Source: Actinomycetes bacterium (GTDB taxonomy: Bacteria; Actinomycetota; Acidimicrobiia; IMCC26256). Taken from it: DNA of 64,000 nt. The position numbers were made by a program, and so were the translations under genes. This document shows, piece by piece, positions 56,954 to 64,000 of this stretch; the first letter of the stretch is position 1, and each line of letters begins with the position of its first letter. Under the pieces are notes generated by a model. That model was given only the letters and a program-made list of their open reading frames with translations. It was not told the origin of the DNA and did not search any database. The DNA lies in assembly GCA_046075855.1 (NCBI GenBank), contig JBJTQX010000099.1, positions 35-64,034 on the forward strand, in the 5' to 3' direction.

Positions 56954-57367
56954 ATGGCGCGGTTCACCACCACGCGGGCGGACGGGACGATCGAGGTGCG
57001 CGAGGCACCCGGGTGCACGGGCGGGGCCGATGGCCACGCGGTGCACTGGCGGTGGGTGCTCGGGATGATCACCCACCACCACCCGGGCGAGCGTTGCCGG
57101 GTGCTCTGGATCGATGACGACGGCTGGGTCGTGCTCGACCGGCGCGGGGAGGAGGTGCTGCGCTGGTACCACCGACCCGCGGAACTGCGGGACGCGGTCG
57201 CGGCGAGCGATGGACCGGCCACGCTCCACGCCGGCCAGCTGCTCATGGTCCCGCGGCCCGAACGCGGCCACCTCGCGTTCCCGCTCGGCGAGGTCGCCTC
57301 GCGGTGCGACCGTCCACGCGGCGAGGATCGCCTGCGAGCGGCGGTGCTCGCAGCGATCGCCGACTAG
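56954..57367 (+). CDS. Hypothetical Cys/His-rich protein downstream of SAM riboswitch
   Basis: GAGGAGG RBS 4 nt before the ATG; 137 aa; no family recognised. Confidence 0.7.
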   Translation: MARFTTTRADGTIEVREAPGCTGGADGHAVHWRWVLGMITHHHPGERCRVLWIDDDGWVVLDRRGEEVLRWYHRPAELRDAVAASDGPATLHAGQLLMVPRPERGHLAFPLGEVASRCDRPRGEDRLRAAVLAAIAD

Positions 57368-57978
57368 CGCGGGATGGTGGTGTGGTCCGGGAACTCCGAG
57401 CGGGTGCGCTTCAACTCGAAGAACGCGGGCGTCGAGGCCATCGCGACGAACCCGTCCCAGAGGGCGAGGGCCTGGTCGGGTTCGGGCATCCGGGTGATGA
57501 CGGGACCGAAGAACGCGACCCGCCCCCCGGGTGTCGGGATCGAGATGATCGGCGTACCCACGTCGGTACCCGTCAGCTCGAGCGCCTCAGCCATCGAGTC
57601 GCGGATGCCCTCGTCCCAGGCCGGGTCGTCGGCGGCGGTCGCCAGCGTCGGGTCACAGCCGCACTGCTCGAGCACCTCGGCGATCTCGAGCTCGATGTCG
57701 TCCTCGTGGTGCACCCGGGTGCCGAGCGCGGTGTAGAGGGGTCCGACGAGGTCGGCCCGGCCAGCCGCGCGCAACGCCTCGACGACCCGCAGCATGCGGA
57801 GCGTGCGCGACACCCGGGGGTGGAACGGGTGGTCCTCGGTCAACTCGTTCTTCATGAGCAGGCTGATCGGCCGCCACTCGATCTCGAGGTCACGGTGCGG
57901 CGCCACCGCGGTGATCCACCGCGAGGTCATCCAGCAGAACGGGCACACCGGATCGAACCAGAAGACGACCTGCACCAC
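57364..57978 (-). CDS. DsbA-like protein, mycothiol-dependent reductase Rv2466c family
   Basis: FWFDPVCPFCWMTSRW, DVGTP, FFGPVI, FFELKRTR. Confidence 0.85.
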   Translation of the reverse strand: MVQVVFWFDPVCPFCWMTSRWITAVAPHRDLEIEWRPISLLMKNELTEDHPFHPRVSRTLRMLRVVEALRAAGRADLVGPLYTALGTRVHHEDDIELEIAEVLEQCGCDPTLATAADDPAWDEGIRDSMAEALELTGTDVGTPIISIPTPGGRVAFFGPVITRMPEPDQALALWDGFVAMASTPAFFELKRTRSEFPDHTTIPR

Positions 57979-58039
57979 GGCTCCTCGGGAGGGGACGGAC
58001 GCCCGGGACGCTAGGCCCGACCGGCGCGCCGAGGCACGC

Positions 58040-59008
58040 TCAGGCGAGCGTGGCGAGCCAGGCCGTGGTGGTGTCGAGCACCTCTTCGGTGCTCGTCGCG
58101 AAGGCCAGGACGTTGTGGTTGCACGGAAGACCGCCGCACTGCGCACTGAGCCAGTGCTCGGTCACGTCGCGACCGGCAGCGTGTCGGGCTGCGACGAGTG
58201 CATCGCTCTGCGCGGGCACGACCATCTGGTCCCCGCGGCTGTGGATCACCAGCACCGGTCCCGGCAGGGTCGCTGCGAGGTCGACGACGTTCAGTTCGTC
58301 GGGTGCCGCACCGGCGCCGAACACGGGCCGGACCTGACCGGTCACCATGCCTGCGAGGTCGACGATCGGAACGGCGGAGCCGGTTCGAGCCGCCCACAGC
58401 ACTGCCACTCCGGCGCCGCGTGAGTACCCGAGGACCCGGAGCGACGCGATCGAGTCCCCCGTCGCCGCAATGGTGGCGTCGACGAGCGCCTGGATGGTCG
58501 GAACCGTTGACTCGACCACGGCAGTACGAGGCTGGGCATGTGCGCACTGGGTCGCAGGCGAGTTCGACGGGTAGTCCCACCTGGCCCAGCAACCGACGAC
58601 GACGTCGACGCCGGTGGCCGCCATGGTGCGAGCGAGGTCGAGGTACGACTCTCGGAATCCCTCGCTGCCCGGGAGGATGAGGACCGCGGGTCGCGGAGCG
58701 GGGCCGGTCGCCAGCACGACATGGATACGCACCTCATGACCGTCTGACGTCGGGTAGGCGTACGCCGCCTCACCGGCCCGAGCCGCCAATGGCGAGATCG
58801 GGAGCGGGCGCAGCTGGCGGTCGGACACCGGGCCCGTCGAGGTCACCGCTGCGGGGGCGGCCTCAGCCACGGCACCACGGACGAGGGACTGCACGGGCAC
58901 CGCGGCGCAGGAGGCGGCGACGACGGCGAGGGCGAGGATCCCGGCTGCGGCCGCGAGTCGGCGACGCAGCGGGGTCACCGTCATCCTGCGTCGGTTGCGT
59001 GCGGACAT
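58040..59008 (-). CDS. Secreted/lipoprotein alpha/beta hydrolase, paralogue 2 of 39790-40692
   Basis: VLILPGS, GCW, GYSRG, AGMVTGQV, PAQS, AGRDV.EHW, PCNH shared with paralogue 1. Confidence 0.75.
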   Translation of the reverse strand: MSARNRRRMTVTPLRRRLAAAAGILALAVVAASCAAVPVQSLVRGAVAEAAPAAVTSTGPVSDRQLRPLPISPLAARAGEAAYAYPTSDGHEVRIHVVLATGPAPRPAVLILPGSEGFRESYLDLARTMAATGVDVVVGCWARWDYPSNSPATQCAHAQPRTAVVESTVPTIQALVDATIAATGDSIASLRVLGYSRGAGVAVLWAARTGSAVPIVDLAGMVTGQVRPVFGAGAAPDELNVVDLAATLPGPVLVIHSRGDQMVVPAQSDALVAARHAAGRDVTEHWLSAQCGGLPCNHNVLAFATSTEEVLDTTTAWLATLA

Positions 59009-59038
59009 CGCCTCGGCCCTCCTTCCAGAGCACCGTGG

Positions 59039-59066
59039 ATGTCGGCACCCGGAGGGGGCCGCTTGA
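59039..59066 (-). promoter_or_regulatory. sigma28/WhiG-type promoter
   Basis: TCAA-N16-GCCGACAT on the minus strand, upstream of AGGAGG RBS and the ATG at 59008. Confidence 0.6.
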
Positions 59067-59164
59067 GCGGTTGGGACCTAGGACCCAGGCGAACCGACGC
59101 AGCGTCCGGGGCCCGCGATCGCCGGGGTCGGACCGGCTCGCACCGCCCCGGCGATACTGGGGCC

Positions 59165-60223
59165 GTGCGCCTCCTCCCCCCGCCGCCCGACCGGTCCTTC
59201 GCGAGCGACAACTCCGCCGGCGCGCACCCGCGGATCCTCGAGGCGCTCGTCGCAGCCAACGACGGTCACGCCGTCGCCTACGGCGCCGACGACTGGACCC
59301 GCCGGCTCGAGACCCGCTTCGACGAGGTGTTCGGTCGCGCGGTCACCACGCGCCTCGTCTGGAGCGGCACGGGCGCCAACGTCCTCGCGCTGGCCTCGGC
59401 ACTGCGACCCGCCGAGTGCGTGGTCTGCGCCGAGGGCGCGCACATCGCCGTCGACGAGACGGGCGCACCCGAGCGGATCCTCGGGGCCAAGCTGCTCACG
59501 CTGCCCGCACCCGACGGCAAGCTCCGGCCCGAGCAGCTCGGACCCCTCCACCACCTCATCGGCACCGAGCACCACGCGCAGCCCGGCGTGCTCTCCATCA
59601 CCCAGAGCACCGAGCTCGGCACGCGCTACCTCCCCGAGGAGATCGCCGCGCTCTGCGAGGCCGCGCACGCGCTCGGGATGCGCGTGCACCTCGACGGTGC
59701 CCGGCTCGCCAACGCCACCGCAGCGCTCGGCGGCACGCTCGACGCGCTGCGGGCCCAGACCGTGGATGCCGGGGTCGACGTGGTGTCCTTCGGGGGCACG
59801 AAGGCCGGCATGGCCTTCGGCGAGGCGGTCATCTACCTCGACCCCACCCTCGGCGAACGCAGCCGGTACCTCCGCAAGCAGGTCACGCAGCTCCCCTCGA
59901 AGATGCGCTTCGTCGCCGCCCAGTTCCTCGCCCTCCTCGAGGACGACCTCTGGCTGCACCTCGCCGAGCATGCGAACGGCCTGGCCCGGGTCCTGCACGA
60001 GCGCACCCGCGACCTCCCGGGCATCCGCTACGACCGCGGGCCCGAGGTGAACTCCGTGTTCCCATCGCTGCCTGCAGCGGTCATCGAGCCGCTCATGGCC
60101 TGGTGCTTCTTCTGGCCGTGGGACATGAGCCGCGACCAGGTGCGCTGGATGACCGCATGGGACACCACCGAGGAGGACGTCGAGCGCTTCGTCGCCGGCG
60201 TGCGAGCCGCGCTCGACGCCTGA
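59165..60223 (+). CDS. ltaE: Low-specificity L-threonine aldolase
   Basis: FASDN, GTGAN, HLDGARLAN, SFGGTK, SKMRF. Confidence 0.88.
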   Translation: MRLLPPPPDRSFASDNSAGAHPRILEALVAANDGHAVAYGADDWTRRLETRFDEVFGRAVTTRLVWSGTGANVLALASALRPAECVVCAEGAHIAVDETGAPERILGAKLLTLPAPDGKLRPEQLGPLHHLIGTEHHAQPGVLSITQSTELGTRYLPEEIAALCEAAHALGMRVHLDGARLANATAALGGTLDALRAQTVDAGVDVVSFGGTKAGMAFGEAVIYLDPTLGERSRYLRKQVTQLPSKMRFVAAQFLALLEDDLWLHLAEHANGLARVLHERTRDLPGIRYDRGPEVNSVFPSLPAAVIEPLMAWCFFWPWDMSRDQVRWMTAWDTTEEDVERFVAGVRAALDA

Positions 60224-60227
60224 TCGG

Positions 60228-61178
60228 TCAGGAGGCCGATCCCTGCACCGACCCGGTGAGGTGGGATCCGTCCGGGTTGCCGACGAGGCAGATGACCTGC
60301 CGGTCGCCGACCGCCCAGGTCTCCGGCGACGGGTCGTACCAGGCCAGCGCCAGCGGCGACTCCTCGTAGGGCGTGCCGACGTAGGTCGCGAACGCCGGGA
60401 TGCACTGGGCCAGCACCCAGACCTGGAACTGCGCCTCCCCCGGGTAGGGCGTGCCCGACGCACCCGGGTAGGCACCGACGAACACCACCTCACCGTCGTG
60501 CGGCGTGGAGCAGGGCACGACCCCGGCCGGCTGGTCGAAGCACTCCCCGGCCGAGACATCCATGGGCTCGCCGCTCGGCTCGAAGTATGCCTCGACGTCC
60601 TGGCAGTCGGCGGTCGCGTCCACCACGGGTACCAGCGCTGCGTTCGCGGTGATGGGCTCCATCGGGTTGCCGATCTGACGGAAGGCGTCGTCACCCCGTC
60701 CGATCACCGCGTTCGCCCGGTTCGCGAAGGCGTCGCCGCCCCTCGTCGAAGTGCGCCGCAGCGCCACGACCATCGCGGCGTACGCCGCGCGCAGCTCGCG
60801 CGTCGTCTCGCGGTAGTCGGCCGCCGTGGCCTTCCCGCCGCCGACCCGGGGTACGCCGAGCGCCTTCGCCGCGGCGACGAGGGTCGAACTCTGCCGGATC
60901 GCCCGTCCGTAGATGGCGAGCAGGCGCGCCCGGCCCTGCTTGGCGGACAGCGAGCCGCCCGCGACCCGGTTCACCACGGACGGCCCCGCGTGGTCCGACT
61001 CCGAGGTGACGTCGACCCAGGTCGAGAGCGAGCCGCACGCGCCGCGCACCCAGCGCGGTGCGGCCATCGAGTGCTGGACCGGGCGCGCGCCGCGCACCGC
61101 CGCCGAGGCCGGAACACCCCCGGCTCCGACCGCCGCCGCCACCACGAACACCGCGAGCCACCGCTTCGTCCCGTCCAC
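60228..61178 (-). CDS. Secreted protein with C-terminal septum-formation (Cys-rich) domain
   Basis: Signal peptide, helical N-domain, GECF..VPCSTPHDGEV..W..GDRQVIC. Confidence 0.75.
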   Translation of the reverse strand: MDGTKRWLAVFVVAAAVGAGGVPASAAVRGARPVQHSMAAPRWVRGACGSLSTWVDVTSESDHAGPSVVNRVAGGSLSAKQGRARLLAIYGRAIRQSSTLVAAAKALGVPRVGGGKATAADYRETTRELRAAYAAMVVALRRTSTRGGDAFANRANAVIGRGDDAFRQIGNPMEPITANAALVPVVDATADCQDVEAYFEPSGEPMDVSAGECFDQPAGVVPCSTPHDGEVVFVGAYPGASGTPYPGEAQFQVWVLAQCIPAFATYVGTPYEESPLALAWYDPSPETWAVGDRQVICLVGNPDGSHLTGSVQGSAS

Positions 61179-61399
61179 TGCCCACTCCCATCGATGCCGT
61201 GCGCCGATCGCCCGGACGCCGATGACGGTAGGGATGGCTCCGGTCCACCGGCAGGGCCGCACGACCGCACCGCGGCCGGCCACCCGTCCTGGGTGCCGCG
61301 ACCGCCCCCACACCGTCCTCGACCCGTCCGAACCGCCCGGACGGTCGCGATCGACGCCACCGCGACGCGTAGCGTTCGGGCATCGACGGGAGCACCCTC

Positions 61400-63100
61400 A
61401 TGGAGAGCAGCACGACGCGCCGCAGACCACCCGGCCTCGTCGGCGCGTCACGTGCGACGCTCGGCCGCGATCTGCTCGCCGGTCTCTCGGTGTGGGCGGT
61501 GCTCGTGCCGGAGGCCCTGGCCTACGCGACGATCGCTGGCGTCAACCCGGTGCTCGGGTTGTACGCAGCACCCGCCGCGCTCGTGCTCTACGCGTGCACC
61601 GGATCGTCGCGCCACCTGTCGGTCGGGCCGACCGCGGCCACCGCTGCGCTCTCGGCCGCCACGGTCGCCGGTCTCGTGCAGGCCACGAGCCACTCGTTCA
61701 CCGAGGTCACGATCGCGCTCGCGCTCACGGTCGGCCTGCTGGCGATCGTCGCCGCGATCGCCCGGCTCGGGTTCATCGCGTCGTTCATCTCCCAGCCCGT
61801 GCTCACCGGGTTCATCATCGGCCTCGCGCTCACGATCATCGTCGGGCAGGCGCCCACCCTCCTCGGACTCGCAGGGTCCGACGGGAACTTCTTCGTGTCC
61901 TGCTGGTCGATCCTGCGCGACCTCGCCGATGCGCAGGGCGCGACGACCGCGGTCGGACTCGGCGCCCTCACCATCCTCCTCGTCCTGCGCCGCGTCGCAC
62001 CGCGCTGGCCGCGGGCCATCATCGTGGTGGTGCTCGGCATCGCCGCGGCCTGGATCGGCGACCTCGGGGAGCACGGCGTCGCCCTCGTCGGCCACATCCC
62101 CTCCGGCCTGCCGCAGGTCGGCCTGCCGCAGGCGTCGTGGCGGGACTACGCGAGCTTCTCGGGGGCGGCGCTCGGCATCCTGCTCATCGCGTTCGCCGAG
62201 GGACTCGGAGCCGCCCGGACCTTCGCCGACCGCGAGCACCTCACCATCGACCCGAACCGCGAGCTGCTCGGGCTCGGCGTAGCCAACGTCGGCTCGGCGC
62301 TCTGCGGTGGAATCGTCGTCGGCGGCTCGTTGTCGAAGACCGCGGTGAACCACGATTCGGGGGCCCGCAGCCAGGTGTCGGGGATCGCCCTCGCCGGGCT
62401 GACCCTGCTCACCCTGCTGCTGCTCACCGGGCTCTTCGAGCGCCTCCCGGAGGCGGTGCTCGGTGCGATCGTCATCGCTGCGGTCGTCGACCTCGTCGAC
62501 CTGCGGGCGATCCGACGCTTGGCCCGCCTCAGCACCCGGTCCCTCGACGAGATCTACGGGCTCACCTCGCGCGCCGATCTCATCGCCGCGCTCGCCGCGC
62601 TCGTCGGCGTGCTGGCCACCGACATCCTCCCGGGGCTCGGCATCGGCATCGCGGTCTCGGTGGTGCTGCTCGTCTGGCGCACCTCACGGCCCCACGTCGC
62701 CGTGCTCGCCCGGCTCGGCGGCCCGAAGCCGCGCTGGGTCGACCACCTCCGTCACCCGGAGGCGCTGCGACCCGAGGGCATCGTGGTCGTGCGCCCCGAG
62801 GCGGGACTCAGCTTCGTGAACGCCGACAACGTGCGCGACGCGATCCGGGCGACCATCGAGCCCGACACCCACGCGGTCGTGCTCGACCTCGAGACGGTCG
62901 GGGTCATCGACTCGACCGCGGCATCCATGCTCGTCGCCCTCGATACGGAGCTCGCAGCCCGGGGCATCCGCCTGCTGCTGGCCCGGCAGATCGGACCGGT
63001 CCACGACCTCCTGCTCACCGCTGGCGCGGTGCGCCTCGAGTCCGACGTGCACGCGACCATCGGCGACGCGGTGCGTGCTGCGCAGGGCGAGGGGACCTGA
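61400..63100 (+). CDS. SulP-family anion transporter with STAS domain
   Basis: DLLAG, PEALAYA, GSSRHLSVGP, GSLSKT, C-terminal VVLD..IDSTA. Confidence 0.92.
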   Translation: MESSTTRRRPPGLVGASRATLGRDLLAGLSVWAVLVPEALAYATIAGVNPVLGLYAAPAALVLYACTGSSRHLSVGPTAATAALSAATVAGLVQATSHSFTEVTIALALTVGLLAIVAAIARLGFIASFISQPVLTGFIIGLALTIIVGQAPTLLGLAGSDGNFFVSCWSILRDLADAQGATTAVGLGALTILLVLRRVAPRWPRAIIVVVLGIAAAWIGDLGEHGVALVGHIPSGLPQVGLPQASWRDYASFSGAALGILLIAFAEGLGAARTFADREHLTIDPNRELLGLGVANVGSALCGGIVVGGSLSKTAVNHDSGARSQVSGIALAGLTLLTLLLLTGLFERLPEAVLGAIVIAAVVDLVDLRAIRRLARLSTRSLDEIYGLTSRADLIAALAALVGVLATDILPGLGIGIAVSVVLLVWRTSRPHVAVLARLGGPKPRWVDHLRHPEALRPEGIVVVRPEAGLSFVNADNVRDAIRATIEPDTHAVVLDLETVGVIDSTAASMLVALDTELAARGIRLLLARQIGPVHDLLLTAGAVRLESDVHATIGDAVRAAQGEGT

Positions 63101-63153
63101 GCGTCGGCGACCCTGCTCCACCGCCACGCCGTGCGCATCGGCCAACATGGGGC

Positions 63154-64000
63154 ATGGCCGGACGAGGTGGACCGTCGCAACGCGCGGAACGGGGCGAGGA
63201 GTTCGAGGTGGTGCCGACCGGTTTCGGTCGTGACGGGACCGCCACCGCGCGCCACGGCAGCATCGTGTCGATCACCGGGGCCATCCCCGGCGAGGCGGTG
63301 CGGGTCCGGGCCCTCGCCCACCGGCGCGGCGTGACCCACGCCCGGATCGTCGAGGTGCTCGACCCCTCGCCGGACCGCGTGGTGCCGCCCTGCGCCGAGA
63401 TCGCCAACGGTTGCGGGGCCTGCCCCTGGCAGCACCTCGACCTCGCGGCCCAGCGCAGGGCGAAGGTCGATCGGGTCGCCGCCGCGCTCGGCGTCGACGT
63501 GGACGAACTCGAGCCGCTCGTGCCGCTCGCCGCCACGGGATTCCGCACGACGATCCAGGCCGCAGTGGACCGCGGTCGGGCCGGCTTCCGCCGGTACCGG
63601 TCCCACCGGGTCGTCCCCGTTGCGGGCTGCCTCGTGGCCCACCCGCTGCTCGTCGACCTCGTCACCGAGGCCCGCTACGGCGATGCCACCGAGGTGCTGC
63701 TGCGCTGTGGATCGCGCACCGGCGAACGCATGGCCGCACCGATCCCGCACGGCGCTGCGATCTCCGTCCCCGACGACGTGCACCGCGACCGGATCCACGA
63801 GGAGGCCGCCGGACGACGCTGGCGCATCTCGGCCGACTCGTTCGCGCAGGCCAGCCCCGAGGCGACCGAGGCGCTCGTCGACGCGGTGCTGCGCGCCGCC
63901 GACGAGGTGCCGATCCGTCGGGCGCTCGACCTCTACTCCGGGGTCGGGATCTTCGCGGGCGCGCTCGCCGACCGCGGCTGGTCGGTCACCGCGTTCGAGG
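63154..64000 (+). CDS. TRAM-domain RNA (uracil-5)-methyltransferase RlmD-like, truncated by window end
   Basis: Own translation: GAIPGE, PPC..GCGACPWQH (4Fe-4S), SFAQ, DLYSGVG; no stop before 64000. Confidence 0.85.
   Translation, partial: MAGRGGPSQRAERGEEFEVVPTGFGRDGTATARHGSIVSITGAIPGEAVRVRALAHRRGVTHARIVEVLDPSPDRVVPPCAEIANGCGACPWQHLDLAAQRRAKVDRVAAALGVDVDELEPLVPLAATGFRTTIQAAVDRGRAGFRRYRSHRVVPVAGCLVAHPLLVDLVTEARYGDATEVLLRCGSRTGERMAAPIPHGAAISVPDDVHRDRIHEEAAGRRWRISADSFAQASPEATEALVDAVLRAADEVPIRRALDLYSGVGIFAGALADRGWSVTAFE

Noticed and set aside
56890-57117. Alternative ORF starting at the ATG inside the riboswitch (MKGWQP...)
   Set aside because: No RBS, ATG is part of the kink-turn, and the frame overlaps the better supported 56954 ORF
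55252-57367. Anti-phage defence island around the ARH-phosphatase fusion
   Set aside because: No neighbouring ADP-ribosyltransferase, nuclease, NTPase or mobility genes
1-64000. CRISPR array, rRNA, tRNA, transposase/integrase, prophage
   Set aside because: No regularly spaced direct repeats, RNA gene signatures or recombinase motifs were seen by eye

Overview
High-GC chromosomal segment, most likely from an actinobacterium of the Acidimicrobiia type. This is inferred from gene content: BldD-like regulator, DUF3039, Gmad2, F420 PPOX, Rv2466c-like protein and many apparently leaderless genes. It holds about 66 densely packed CDS, mostly housekeeping and redox/lipid enzymes (mscL, serA, aspartate aminotransferase, DD-carboxypeptidase, DEAD helicase, sigma-70, purU, mgsA, polar amino-acid ABC transporter, SulP, a 3'-truncated RlmD-like methyltransferase). 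No rRNA, tRNA, CRISPR or transposase was seen. Highlights: (1) an intact P4-less SAM-I riboswitch (56858-56945) whose P1 overlaps the RBS of an orphan 137-aa Cys/His-rich ORF, behind a PafBC-like promoter and divergent from an ADP-ribosylhydrolase-phosphatase fusion; (2) a compact sulfoquinovose monooxygenase-type cluster (GH188-like SQase, SmoB-like, SmoC-like) on a 23-bp bidirectional promoter; (3) two paralogous secreted hydrolases 18 kb apart, both with TCAA-N16-GCCGA sigma28/WhiG-type promoters; (4) a BldD orthologue with an intact c-di-GMP motif coupled to purU; (5) an LRR ORF and a half-EAL domain in frame across one TGA; (6) a frameshifted secreted lipoprotein; (7) a DUF4239 gene coupled to an orphan solute-binding protein. 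All family assignments come from motif recognition by eye, not database searches.
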